A stretch of DNA of 56,000 nt, taken from positions 8,239,492-8,295,491 of the forward strand of contig NC_069115.1 of assembly GCF_025612915.1 (NCBI RefSeq), in the 5' to 3' direction. The stretch comes from Crassostrea angulata. Its lineage: Eukaryota. A program made the position numbers and the translations under genes. The notes under the pieces are model-generated. The model searched no databases. It was not told where the DNA came from and was given only the letters and a program-made list of their open reading frames with translations. Below, one piece after another: positions 39,151-52,342 of the stretch; the first letter of the stretch is position 1; each line of letters starts with the position of its first letter.

Positions 39151-39258
39151 CTAAATCAGTAAAACTGCGACGTGAAATAATAACAAAATTTATATTTATT
39201 AATCAACTAATTCAAAATCGTCATTAGCCGCCAGTCTCTCTCTGTTTCTGCTACTTAC

Positions 39259-39406
39259 CCAGACATCCCTGGTTTTCAGCAGTAGTGAATGGAGGAAAGT
39301 CGTAAAACCCACTTTCACATTCACATTCAGTATTGTACATGACAGTTTTGCAAATGGCATTCTTGCGACAGTCGGTATTGCCCGTACAACCTGCCTCCAT
39401 AGTCAT
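39259..39406 (-). CDS. EGF-like/TM gene, exon 1 as annotated from the conserved ATG (148 nt, ends in phase 1). Encodes the first EGF-like domain. No signal peptide is visible, so an upstream exon is possible
   Basis: Minus-strand ATGACTATGGAGGCAGGTTGTACG...GGATGTCTGG|gtaagt. Translation MTMEAGCTGNTDCRKNAICKTVMYNTECECESGFYDFPPFTTAENQGCL. A candidate phase-1 acceptor (ttttctccttcattag|CA) lies 29 nt upstream of the ATG. Confidence 0.5.
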
Positions 39407-39622
39407 CTTTCCCCCAAACAAACAAATTGAAAATGCTAATGAAGGAGAAAATCAAACAATACTGCATCCCTAGCACACTTGTCGTCTCGTTGCGGTGCAC
39501 TGGTATATGAAGAACGAATTATTCAACAGCAACTTTTATATATAACGAAAAATAACCTTAAGGCAGAAAGGTAAATCTGTTGACTACTACTGTAATAATC
39601 ATTTTGAGTTAAGGCGTGCATA

Positions 39623-40421
39623 CTGGTACTGTACCAGTTATCGGCTAAAATTTAACGTTTTCTTTTCGTAATTCCTTATTTCTTGATATTTTTGGATAAA
39701 ACTTGGCATACTTTAAAAAGTGAACTCCTTATTTATTAATCTGTTAGTTTATATCATTATTTAGAACCCAAAACATCTTGTTTTGTGCTTTTAAGTACGA
39801 CCCGAATTTGCCGAGTTTTTACGATTTACTGTACCAGTTATCGGCTTCGTGATAATAACATAGTAAAAATCCGTGTTCATGTTGATTTTATACTCTGCTA
39901 AATGTAGTTTGAATTGTGCCCCTTGTGAGGTCATACTAACGTATTCGGGGTCATGTTACATTATAAACAAAACTCATAAAATAATTCGTGTATTACCATA
40001 CGGTAATACACCAAATCGTATACTATTCAATACATAATTGTGCAATCAGGGGTTCAATTACGCTACGAATCTCTCGGAAATTCGTGAATTCCTTTTGTTT
40101 ATACATGTTAAATATATTGATTTTATATGTCAAATCAAAGAAGGGATATAATAACGTATCACACAGAGGTAATATTCTATTTTTAACTTATTATGTCACT
40201 TCCCCCACTGCTGAAAGTGCAAAGATGTAAAATCAGCGGTAAACGATGATCGTTTAAGCTCATGTATAAAACATATTCAAAAAAGTTTTCAAGCAAATAC
40301 TTACTTTTCTTTATTCGAAAAAGACGACTGAATTAAAAAATATTGGATTTTCGCGTGCTATAAACCCGAACTCTCAGTTTAGCCGATAACTGGTCTTAGC
40401 CGATAACTGGTACAGTACCAG
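39623..40421 (-). mobile_element. ~800 bp TIR element (MITE-like, TA-flanked), copy 2, inverted relative to copy 1. Inserted in the 5' region of the EGF-gene unit
   Basis: TA|CTGGTACTGTACCAGTTATCGGCTAA ... TTAGCCGATAACTGGTACAGTACCAG|TA. The interior matches 14576-15365 in reverse complement. Confidence 0.7.
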
Positions 40422-41469
40422 TACTCTTTATGTTATAATCGAAGTATTATTAAAATGTGTTAAATTTATTCTGTTTAAAACTTCTCTTTATTGCATTTTT
40501 GGTGAATCTGAAGATTTTTATAGAATATATACTACATTGATCAAAGACATCCTAATTTGTGTTGGATATCAGCGGAACAGTTTTGAGACGCGTGTTCTTC
40601 TTAAATGCAGAGTAATAAAATGAATGTTTGCCTTCTATTTCAATTTTAGTTTGTATTACATAGACACACAAGTTTGCAAGCTATACATTAACGATATTTT
40701 TAACATGTAGGTATATTATCATCCACCCAGACACCTACAGTCAAGGTATATTCTATTGGATAACTACGTGTACCCACGTGCTTGTGCTTCACAATTAAAT
40801 AAATCTTGCAAAACTTCTGTAATACTTAGTAAAGTTGTGTAGTATCTGGATTAGAGAGTGCACGAGAATCCTTATATCTATATCTGTAGGGATTATTATG
40901 GTCCAACAACTTTATTATTAATTAGATTTATCATTACTTCATTGCAAAATAATCTTATTCTGTTTTTTGACTGGTTGAATAATTAGTTATCTATAATGAA
41001 TAACAAACGAAATGAATGTGTATCGAGCGTGATCGTTGGTGTATCAATACAATAACAATAACGTTAAGGGTCCTCAACACACCTGGGAAAAGTTCAGCAT
41101 ACAAGTCCATTCTTCTAAATTACTTAAAGATATGGATTTCTAGCATGTGTTGGAATTGAAAATGACAGGAAAAAATTCAAATGGGGGGGGGGTCAACTTT
41201 TTAAAATTTTACCGCTATTCAAGAAAATAAAAATACTTCGAAATAATGTGAACTAGTCGAGGTCTTTGGCCTCATGCTCGATCACGCATTTTACCAGGCT
41301 ATTTGTGTTACTTACTCTCAGCAAAATTCTGAATATTAGACACATACATAGAACATCTTTTTCGTATTTTAACAGAGGACATTGATAACTTGCGACGTTG
41401 TTTTGAGCGAGCTACGTCTATCTTTTTTGTGAGCGCACATGTATATTATTAATCATAAATTTATGAGGA

Positions 41470-41770
41470 TGTCAATACGAGTTTCCTGGTACATGTAGGT
41501 AAATCCTACCCATCCTGGCTAGGAATAGATCTGTGTTCGTTTCCGAACATCAGGTTTGTATCACCTTGTCAATAAAGAATAAATAAGGGAATTTCAGGTA
41601 TTGAGATCATCATGCAACTGAGTGTTTTTGAATATCTGAATCGCGCAATAGATTACAAATAACTTTCTATATCCTCGGACAGATAAGATTCGGGATGCCC
41701 GTTAAAGCAAGCAGCCAATAAAAGGAAAGTTGCATATGAGACGTCGTAGGCCGCTGTCATAGGTTCTCTA
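41470..41770 (+). repeat. ~300 bp dispersed repeat, copy 2 (see 35390-35690)
   Basis: By-eye similarity. Confidence 0.45.
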
Positions 41771-42572
41771 CAATCAAACCGAACATGTCGTTTTGAGCAC
41801 AATATGTATTTTAAACATAACTATGTGAAACATACTGTCCATCCTGGCTATTATAAAATAATTGTTCGATGTCCGAGATTCAGACTTATATCAACTGATT
41901 TGTAAAGAAAAAAAATTTCTTAATCGGGAGGGAATGTCAACAAGGCCAGCGATATGAATCATATGAACAAACATTAAATCTACTTAATGATGATTAAAAA
42001 TAACATCCTTAACCAAAACGTAAAAAATATTTGCACTATAATCGAAGCAGTTAAAAGTACAAGGTAAATTATTTTTAGTGTCGAAGAAATAAAAGAAGAG
42101 ACCAATGGGCCACATCGGTCACCTGAGGGTCTATATCTACCTTTGGCCACCGTAGCTTTTTAAACCAAAGATTCTCGTTTTCATACTTCTCCAGTTGAGG
42201 GTAGGTCACATCCATACATTATCTTGCAGCAGTTTCTCTTTCCCAAAAAATTTCCCCAGGATTGTTTTAAACGGTTTTCTATACCATGATTCCTATTCAT
42301 TATACATTACAGCAACTCAATGGCCCTTCTACGATTTTTTGAAATTCTGTATAATACTATTTTTTTTATTTTTTTACTGATGGCATGATTTTTTTTCAGT
42401 GTCACATATAACCAAAATGGCAAAATGGCTTCCAAAAAGTAATGATTTAAAGTGCCATGGTTGCAATTTAGACACAATTTTTCAAAAACGCAGGCAATTG
42501 CAAATGTTTTCCCTTATATAACACCCTTTGCCAGCTGTTTACGCTGTTATTTAAAAAATAAAGTAAGGGTTT

Positions 42573-42718
42573 TCGTTAATGCTGCAGAATAACCTAGCTC
42601 CGAGGTCTAGAAATGTTCTTTTGAAATATAAAAGCCGAGGCGTTATTAAGCCGAGGCTTTAATATTTCAAACAATATTTCGAGACCGAGGAGGTTATTCT
42701 GCAACATTAACGATAACA
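42573..42718. mobile_element. ~145 bp hairpin-forming element (foldback MITE-like) with ~45 bp inverted arms
   Basis: Left arm cgttaatgctgcagaataacctagctccgaggtctagaaatgttc. Right arm, reverse complement, cgttaatgttgcagaataacctcctcggtctcgaaatattgtttg. The central segment aaagccgaggcgttattaagccgaggcttt is pseudo-palindromic. Confidence 0.5.
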
Positions 42719-45167
42719 AGAACTTTATTTCTACTCTACTAACAGCCCAATATTTCTCTTATAGAGAGACGATATAGGTCATTTTGACAGGTCTGTTCCG
42801 TGTAACCCCAACGGGTTTGTTAGTAATGTTTACATGTGTATCGATCAAAGGAATATCACATGCAGACGACAGAATTGTTCTTTGGATTTTTAATAATTTT
42901 CACTTATCTATAAAATACGTTTGAATCATATTCCTAATATTTTAAGGGCAATTTAATACGATTATTACTATTACACGTTATATATTTTATAACACTGTAC
43001 CGGATAATTATGCCAGTGCCAAGTACGTGGCATTTTTGCGCCCGCTCAAGGCGAAGCGGTTTATAAAAAAAAGCGTAAACTGTTTCAAACCATTTTATAT
43101 TGACGAGTATAAAACTAATAAATATTGAATTCATTGCTTATGATTTAATTTTTTTACTCTTCATCGCAGATAAAAACGGTCATTTGACTTAAATAAAAGC
43201 ACTTATTGATACCATTAGGGGCTGACAAATACATTTTTTAAGCACTTGCCCTCGGCCAAGTGGCTGGGTAAAATTTACTTGCCCTACCTCAATATCTACT
43301 AGCCCTACCAAATTCTTTAATGTGATTAAAAATAAACAATACATATACTGTACGATGTTTTTGCCCTTTATTTTAAATTTTCCCACTTTTAATACTCTTT
43401 ATGAAATATATATGGTTTGTATTTAACATCTCTTCCTCTTCGGTTTTCTCGAGAATGTGTTTAAAAAATCAACACTTTACATATTGATATTTAATTAGAT
43501 TTGTTCTCAAGGTAAAATAAAAAGAAAATAAACATTTTTATTAACAATTTTGGTTGTTTTGATCATTTCTTTCACCTTAGGTGAATGTCCGAGATAATAG
43601 GTGACAAGCGCACACGCATTCACAACCGTGGTTTCAATAAGGCCACAGAGGTGTTAAAAATAAAGGTGAAATGAATCTTCAGCGAGTTGTTTAACTTAGA
43701 CTTATGATATCTAAATCATATTAAGCCTGATATTTAAATTTTTAAAAAGCTTTAGCGAGTGATAACAGGCACATATCCATTTTTAGCATCAGTTATGGCG
43801 GCGTACATGGAGACGGTGAACAAACTTCAATGGTGAAGTTAAACATAGAATAAAGTTAAACAGCTCAAATTTTTGTTAAATTGCCATTTTATAAGTATTT
43901 ATCTGTTAACATATTATAATCAAAACAGTTTTTGGAATTAAAAGGCTCATTAGACTTCTGGGCTGCGTTCAAGATCGTAGCTGCTACGTAGGGCTATCAT
44001 ATGTTACAAACATATTTACTTATTGATAGCGAGCGCAGCTCGCCGGCTCACAGCGCCGGCGCGAAGCGAGCTCTACCGGCAAGGCGTGTGTGAATAGAAA
44101 ATTCGGACTAGTTGTACATTCATTCAACGGATTTTTTTAGCGTCAGAAATCGGACCAGTAATGCATTGTTTTAATCGTCCCAGTAGTTCCCTGTAATCAT
44201 GGCAATTTTTATCACTTCACACTCTCACGAGAATCAGCAAGACAATAAAACCAATAACGATGTATACGACATAACGTTACAGTCAATGGTACCTCTAAAG
44301 TTCACATCAGTACACTCTCAATAAAAATATAATCGAGTGACGTCACAAAGGTTTACACATTGATCCGGTAGCTAGATTTTCTCGGCGTCAGTTAATTTTG
44401 ACCCACAATTCATAGTACCAATGGTTTCCAACCTCACGTTCTCCCGAGAATCAAAGTACATATCAGAAGTGTAATTTTAAGAGCATCATGCTTTTTAAGT
44501 AAATAAAACAGTATACTTCGCCAGGGACGTATAACATTTCCCAAACTCCTTTTCTTTAATGTTTCTCTCAGATCAGTGGTAATCTTTAACAATCTCGTGA
44601 AATTTATTAACTGATCTAGAAATCGTCGGTACATCAAAACGATAACTCCAAATTGTACATGTATATGAGACCAATGGAGGTAATTGAGAGTAATCTTTAG
44701 TGGATCAGATAGCCACCCATTTATCTCAATAACTGGATATCTCATATCAAGTTAAGTCCGATTAAGTCTAAGTAATTTGAACTAATGAAAAAGTTATCTG
44801 ACAAGAAAATCCCTACGTGTACGGATAAGGATCCCCATGCACTCTCTAACCCAGATACTGCAAAGATCTAGCTAGTTATAAGATAATATTTGCAAGACTT
44901 ACTTGTGTAGCAAACAAAATTGAAATATAAGGCAAACATACATTTTATTACTCTGAATTTGAGAAGTGCAGGTGTTGCAAAAATGTTCAGTTAATATTCA
45001 GTACAAATAAGGCTTTCTTTAATCAATAAAGTATATAAACTATGAAAATTCTCAAATGCACCAATACAATACAATAAAGAGAAGTTTTGAACAGAATAAA
45101 CTAAATATTTTTTGCCATCTCAATTTGCCAAACCCTAGCGTTTTCCAATTTTTTTGTTTGTTAAACG

Positions 45168-46138
45168 ATGGCTTCTGAGGAGGATTATGGTAATCACGAT
45201 ACCAAGTGTGGCGAAAAAGACAATTGCGCAGCTAATTGTGAAGGTTAAAGTAGATTTTACGACTTTTCTCCAGTACTACTAAAAGCGATGGATGTTTGGG
45301 TAAGTATCAGGAACAGAGAGAGAGAGAGAGAGAGAGACATGAGAGAGACATGAGAGAGAAAGAGAGAGACGGGAAAGAGAGAGAGAGAGCGAGAGAGAAA
45401 TTGGCGGGTAATGGCAATTTTAAATTAGCTAATTGTTTAATACAAATTTTATTACTTTTTCACGTCGCAGATTAACTGAATTTAGGCGAGTGTAATGATT
45501 TGGGAGAAACTGACCACAACGAGTGCAAAACGTAATGTGTGTTCACTTAGTAAGAAAATGGAAAATGTGTATGTCCTGCGCACACCTACGGACCACCTCC
45601 ATGTCTCGGTAACATATATTTTCTTCTTTTTTTTCAAAATACAACACATCCTGTTCAGTGAAATAATATCTATTAATTGTACTGATTTAGATGATTGTGA
45701 ATCGAATGTACAATGCAGTTACCGCGGTGACTGTCAGAATGGTGACTGGAAGGGTTTCCTAGGCATGAAGAAAAATATTGTGAGGGTGATTTTAGAACAA
45801 GACTAAGGCCTAAATGTAAAATGTCATCATTATTTCTTATCTACAACTATATATCTGATTTGTGCAATTTGTGGAAAGAAATTGATATATCGATCTTTAG
45901 TTATTTTACAATGCTTGTGGAGATGGTGCATAAATTTCTTAAAATCGTTACAACAGTGTAGATCCAAACTGTTATATGCTTGCAAAAATAAGTATTCCTT
46001 TTTACAGTTATCTCTGAATCAAAGGAAACCCTTACACAGAGACCAGGGATAAATTTAGCTCTGTTGTTTGGAGCCGGGGTACTTCCTCTACCGCTTCTTG
46101 TGCCCACAATTTTCCTGAGCGCCCTAACATCAGGCTGA
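45168..46138 (+). pseudogene. Degenerate EGF-like/TM gene copy in unit A. Exon 1 has an in-frame stop (TGT GAA GGT TAA). The EGF-3 exon has lost cysteines C4-C6 and reads through its donor (ORF 45495-45806)
   Basis: ATGGCTTCTGAGGAGGATTATGG...TGTGAAGgttaaagtag. The terminal exon ends in tcaggctga at 46130-46138. Confidence 0.6.
45308..45400. repeat. Imperfect (GA)n microsatellite in intron 1 of the degenerate gene copy
   Basis: read directly. Confidence 0.85.
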
Positions 46139-47655
46139 CACAGTGCACTGTTGTATGAAGCCCATTGTTCAATGTTATGTCCTTAATAGATGAAGAAAAC
46201 GCTTTGTTATAGTTATTTTGATTATATTGCTTCAAACGTGAAACAAAATAAGTAAAGTGAAATAAAATTTTTTAGTTTAGAATTGCACCTGATCAGAATT
46301 AAAATATCTCTTTAATTATCATATAACAAAAAATATTTCAATTAAAAAAACTGTTGTAAAGGTCCAACCATTTTGAGTGTGACCGTACCATAAGTTTACC
46401 ATAAAGTTATTGCAATCTGCCATTTTTGTCATATCAAGCTTTAAAAAAGCATTTGATATTTGTCCTCTTGGGATAAGGGACGATAAACGAGGAACTGCGT
46501 TTATTACAAGACAATTGTTGTCTTTTATTGCTGCATTCACATATTCTTGCAACACAACACTATCTTAGTATTGTTGTTTTAATTACCATTATGAAACATA
46601 AAATCACAATAAAAAAAAATCTGATTTTATTGAAATGATTTGAAAATATTGTGGAAGGTACTTTCATATTTTTACAGACTTGTTAATGATGTATGTTGGA
46701 ACCTTTTTTATAAGATAATAAAACAACCTTACAAACAATTTTTGTTTTACATATCCTAACTTACTATTAATATATATAAAAGATTTCAGAGAGTATTTTA
46801 ATTGCCCCTCAGATAGGGTACTTTAGTTTCTTATACATGTCTTTAAGCTAGCATAAACAATTCATATGTAAAACTGCTCTTTAATGTAAATGAAGGACGT
46901 TTATTTTTGGACAATCACAATTAAAGAAAATTAACTTTATCTTCCATTGTTAAATATCTATTTATTTATTTTTAACTTTTCAAAACAAGATTCGAAGAAC
47001 GAACACAACTTCTTTTACTCACTCGTCACAAATAACGCATCTTAATTAATATTTTTTCCAAATGTGATTGTAAACAAAACTCTAGGTGTAATGTATACAT
47101 AGCCTGTAGCCACATAATTAACTTAAATGTGCCTACCTTACATGTAACTAACAATTTTGTGATCCATGATATGATTGCATGGCATAATTGACCTACTGTG
47201 GGATCATTTATATTCGTTGGGTCAATTTTCGTGGGTAGTCAAAACTGTGCCTGCTTATATTAGTGGGAACCTTATTTCGTTAGTATTAAAAACATGCTTA
47301 TATATACTTTCAAGGGGGTGTAGTAAATTAGTTGACAATGGTTACCTACGAAATTGGGCACTTTAGAACATTAGTCCCTGACAAACAATGATAAGTCCAC
47401 AGTAATGAGTGGGTGAGATGTGTTATACTCCAGGTAATGTATTAAAATTATAGTTTTCACTGTACACAAGGTATCCTCATGTATACTGAATGTAAATTGG
47501 GTACCTTATATGATTATGCATGGTGGCTACGATGATAGTAACATGTACGTACATAATCGAATGTCAAAAAACACTTAAACAATTTGTAATTTTCTCTCTA
47601 TTAATCATTTTAAAAAATGGGAAAGTGTATTTAAACCATCTAAATATTAAGGACT

Positions 47656-47860
47656 TTGGACTATGTGAAGATGGCGTAGAGTTACACAGTGTCGAAGTAT
47701 CACAGTGGACAATGCACTCGCTTTTTACCCCTGCGACCCGAGTCCGATCCCCGTGATCGACAGTGATTGTATGTGACAGGGTATGGCGGTCGCCCGCTTG
47801 GACACGTTGGTTTTCCGGGTACTCCCGCTGTCTTCCGCATCAATGACCCCTTCGAGCTAA
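47656..47860 (+). mobile_element. tRNA-like (SINE-type) sequence, copy 3
   Basis: gatggcgtagagttacacagtgtcgaagtatcacagtggacaatgcactcgc...cgagtccgatccccgtgatcgacagtg. Confidence 0.5.
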
Positions 47861-48992
47861 CATGCATGCCAACGGGAGATATTAGTAAAAGTTGTTAATT
47901 GTTGAACTTGTTTCTCAATCGTTGTAAAATAAATAAATTTCTGTCATATTTGATGAGACCAGAGGCAGATAACATCCTATTGCCTGTTAACCCCAAATAG
48001 TGAAGGTAACCTGACGGAAATGCCATTTGTAAAGTGAAGGAAGTGCATAACTTAGCCATTCAGTTACCTGTTTCAGCCCATTAGATAATACCTACAAAAC
48101 ATAACATAACGTTACAGTCAATGGTACCTCTAAAGTTCACATCAGTACACTCTCAATAAAATCGAGTGACGTCACAAAGGTTTACACATTGATCCGGTAG
48201 CTAGATTTTCTCGGCGTCAGTAAATTTTGACCCACAATTCATAGTACCAATGGTTTCCAACCTCACGTTCTCGCAAGAATCAAAGTACATATCAGAAGTG
48301 TAATTTTAAGAGCATCATGCTTTTTAAGTAAATAAAACAGTATACTTCGCCAGGGACGTATAACATTTCCCAAACTCCTTTTCTTTAATGTTTCTCTCAG
48401 ATCAGTGGTAATCTTTAACAATCTCGTGAAATTTATTAACTGATCTAGAAATCGTCGGTACATCAAAACGATAACTCCAAATTGTACATGTATATGAGAT
48501 CAATGGAGGTAATTGAGAGTAATCTTTCGTGGATCAGATAGCCACCCATTTATCTCAATAACTGGATATCTCATATCAAGTTAAGTCCGATTAAGTCTAA
48601 GTAATTTGAACTAATGAAAAAGTTATCTGACAAGAAAATCCCTACGTGTACGGATAAGGATCCCCATGCACTCTCTAACCCAGATACTGCAAAGATCTAG
48701 TTATAAGATAATATTTGCAAGACTTACTTGTGTAGCAAACAAAATTGAAATATAAGGCAAACATACATTTTATTACTCTGAATTTGAGAAGTGCAGGTGT
48801 TGCAAAAATGTTCAGTTAATATTCAGTACAAATAAGGCTTTCTTTAATCAATAAAGTATATAAACTATGAAAATTCTCAAATGCACCAATACAATACAAT
48901 AAAAAGAAGTTTTGAACAGAATAAACTAAATATTTTTTGCCATCTCAATTTGCCAAACCCTAGCGTTTTCCAATTTTTTTGTTTGTTAAACG

Positions 48993-49148
48993 ATGGCTTC
49001 TGAGGAGGATTATGGTAATCACGATACCAAGTGGGGCGAAAAAGACAATTGCGCAGCTAATTGTGAAGGTTAAAGTATATTTTACGACTTTTCTCCAGTA
49101 CTACTAAAAGCGATGGATGTTTGGGTAAGTATCAGGAGCAGAGAGAGA

Positions 49149-49195
<47 letters not shown>

Positions 49196-49991
49196 GAGAG
49201 AGACATGAGAGAAAAAGAGAGACGGGAGAGAGAGAGAGAGAGCGAGAGAGAAATTGGCGGGTAATGGCAATTTTAAATTAGCTAATTGTTTTATACAAAT
49301 TTTATTACTTTTTCACGTCGCAGATTAACTGAATTTAGGCGAGTGTAATGATTTGGGAGAAACTGACCACAACGAGTGCAAAACGTAATGTGTGTTCACT
49401 TAGTAAGAAAATGGAAAATGTGTATGTCCTGCGCACACCTACGGACCACCTCCATGTCTCGGTAACATATATTTTCTCTTTTTTTTTCAAAATACAACAC
49501 ATCCTGTTCAGTGAAATAATATCTATTAATTGTACTGATTTAGATGATTGTGAATCGAATGTACAATGCAGTTACCGCGGTGACTGTCAGAATGGTGACT
49601 GGAAGGGTTTCCTAGGCATGAAGAAAAATATTGTGAGGGTGATTTTAGAACAATACTAAGGCCTAAATGTAAAATGTCATCATTATTTCTTATCTACAAC
49701 TATATATCTGATTTGTGCAATTTGTGGAAAGAAATTGATATATCGATCTTTAGTTATTTTACAATGCTTGTGGAGATGGTGCATAAATTTCTTAAAATCG
49801 TTACAACAGTGTAGATCCAAACTGTTATATGCTTGCAAAAATAAGTATTCCTTTTTACAGTTATCTCTGAATCAAAGGAAACCCTTACACAGAGACCAGG
49901 GATAAATTCGGCTCTGTTGTTGGGGGCCGGGGTACTTCCTCTACCGCTTCTTGTGCCCACCATTTTCCTGAGCGCCCTAACATCAGGCTGA
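48993..49991 (+). pseudogene. Degenerate EGF-like/TM gene copy in unit B, with the same lesions as the unit A copy
   Basis: ATGGCTTCTGAGGAGGATTATGG...GAAGgttaaagta. ORF 49348-49659 is read-through of the degenerated EGF-3 exon. Confidence 0.6.
49139..49250. repeat. Imperfect (GA)n microsatellite in intron 1
   Basis: read directly. Confidence 0.85.
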
Positions 49992-51390
49992 CACAGTGCA
50001 ATGTTGTATGAAGCCCATTGTTCAATGTTATGTCCTTGAAATAGATGAAGAAAACGCTTTGTTATAGTTATTTTGATTATATTGCTTCAAACGTGAAACA
50101 AAATAAGTAAAGTGAAATAAAAATTTTTAGTTTAGAATTGCACCTGATCAGAATTAAAATATCTCTTTAATTATCATATAACAAAAAATATTTCAATTAA
50201 AAAAACTGTTGTAAAGGTCCAACTATTTTGAGTGTGACCGTACCAAAGTTTACCATAAAGTTTTTGCAATCTGCCATTTTTGTCATACCAAGCTTTAAAA
50301 AAGCATTTAATATTTGTCCTCTTGTGATAAGGGACGATAAACGAGGAACTGCGTTTATTACAAGACAATTGTTGTCTTTTATTGCTGCATTCACATATTC
50401 TTGCAACACAACACTATCTTAGTATTGTTGTTTTAATTACCTTTATGAAACATAAAATCACAATAAAAAAAATCTGACCATCTTAAAAGACATGAATTTC
50501 TAGTTTACCACTAGCAAACACATCTAATGGGCACCTTGTATCATTTTACATTCCACATGAACTTCAGATAAGTTTTAAATATTGTGGAAGGTACTTTCAT
50601 ATTTTTACAGACTTGTTAATGATGTATGTTGGAACCTTTTTTATAAGATAATAAAACAACCTTACAAACAATTTTTGTTTTATATATCCTAACTTACTAT
50701 TAATATATATAAAAGATTTCAGAGAGTATTTTAATTGCCCCTCAGATAGGGTACTTTAGTTTCTTACACATGTCTTTAAGCTAGCATAAACAATTTCTAT
50801 GTAAAACTGCTCTTTAGTGTAAATGAAGGACGTTTATTTTTGTACAATCACAATTAAAGAAAATTAACTTTATCTTCCATTGTTAAATATCTATATTTTT
50901 TTTACCTTTTCAAAACAAGATTCGAAGAACGAACACAACTTCTTTTTGTCACTCGTCACAAATAACGCATTTATTAATTAAATATTAATTAATATTTATG
51001 TAACTAACAATTTTGTAATCGATATAATTGCATTGCATAATTGACCTACTGTGGGATCATTTATATTCGTGGGGTCAATTTTCGTGGGTATTCAAAACTG
51101 TGCCGCTTAGTGGGAACCTTATTTCGTTAGTATTAAAAAAAGGCTTGTATATACTTTCAAGGGGGTGTAGTAAATTAGTTGACAATGGTTACCCACGAAG
51201 TTGGTCACTTTAGAACATTAGTGTCCCACGAGTAATGATGATTCTACAGTAATGAGTGGATTAGATGTGTTACACTCCACTTAATGTATTAGTATTCAGT
51301 GTACATAATGTATCCTCTTGTATGTAAATTGGGTACCTTATACGATTATGCATGTTGGCTACGATGATAGTAACATGTACGTACATAATT

Positions 51391-51894
51391 TGTGTTCCTA
51401 TTTTGTTTTTTATCCGTATTTGTGATATAAACGAAGTGAAATCTAAATTATTTAAATACTATGAAGACGAATGGAAATCGAAAACAAGGTCTCTACCGAA
51501 ACTTAGGACATACGTAACATTTAAACAAAACGTCCAATTAGAACCCTATGTAACGATGAACATAACCATACAGGAACGGTCTCTGATGGCACAATTTAGA
51601 TGTGGAATCCTTCCTCTAGGAGTCGAAACTGGTCGTTATCGAAATGAACCTCTTCAAGAACGTTATTGTGTTCTGTGTAAAAGCAATTCGATTGAAGATG
51701 AAAAACATTTTATTTTTCAATGCAAATTTTATGAAAATAATAGAATCTCTTTCTTTCATTGTATAAACTTAGAAAAAAATCTAGATGAAACTGTCAATTT
51801 AAATATCATTATGAAAAATAATCAAAGACAGACTGCCAAATATCTCAATTTGATTTATTCAGTTAGACAAAGTTATCTGTACAAGTCAAAGTAA
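51391..51894 (+). CDS. LINE ORF2 C-terminal fragment (transposon-derived)
   Basis: Part of six-frame ORF 51352-51894. The first ~13 codons belong to flanking repeat sequence. Confidence 0.65.
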   Translation, partial: CVPILFFIRICDINEVKSKLFKYYEDEWKSKTRSLPKLRTYVTFKQNVQLEPYVTMNITIQERSLMAQFRCGILPLGVETGRYRNEPLQERYCVLCKSNSIEDEKHFIFQCKFYENNRISFFHCINLEKNLDETVNLNIIMKNNQRQTAKYLNLIYSVRQSYLYKSK

Positions 51895-52342
51895 ACTCAT
51901 GCGCTCAGAAATGTATATTTGTATATTATAAGATTTCAAAGTGACATATAGGTCCAATTGGCCGGGTGTAATTCGATAGTGTATATTCTCGCATTATCAC
52001 CGGTGTGAGATCGGTTTGTCCGGTGTGAGACAGCAGTGTGAGATTTTTCTGTCTTACACTGTGTATTACTACGCCGTTTTAAAACATAAACAAACGTTGT
52101 CTGCTGTAGGGAAATGCAAAATGGTGCATTGAGATTATCCATTAAGTAATTGTGTTGCTTAATTAATTACAATTTATCATATTTTAAATTAAAAAACTGT
52201 CGTATGCTCTCATTTTGACTTGCACTATTTGAAGCATGCGGAGGAATAAACTGAAAGTAATCTTTTGAACGTCATAACAGAAAGTTGTCAAACATCATTT
52301 TTTAAGATAATATAATGCGAGAAAAATAATCATTCATTATAT

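Larger units (their letters stand above)
38300..40990 (-). repeat. EGF-gene repeat unit, minus-strand copy. It carries the only apparently intact gene copy and is interrupted by a MITE at 39623-40421
   Basis: Reverse complement is collinear with 19340-21200, 44620-46160 and 48470-50010. 40560-40990 matches the reverse complement of 3100-3520. Confidence 0.7.
44271..48105 (+). repeat. Tandem duplication, unit A (~3.8 kb). Contains a degenerate EGF-gene unit plus the tRNA-like-containing repeat
   Basis: The start 'ataacgttacagtcaatggtacctctaaagttcacatcagtacactctc' recurs at 48106. Long collinearity with 48106-53055. Confidence 0.85.

Noticed and set aside
45495-45806. 103-aa plus-strand ORF (and its twin at 49348-49659) ending ...DLDDCESNVQCSYRGDCQNGDWKGFLGMKKNIVRVILEQD
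   Set aside because: It reads through a degenerated EGF exon (C4-C6 lost by indels, compared with the intact exon at 38850-38945) and through the intron donors. It is part of a pseudogene, not an independent gene.
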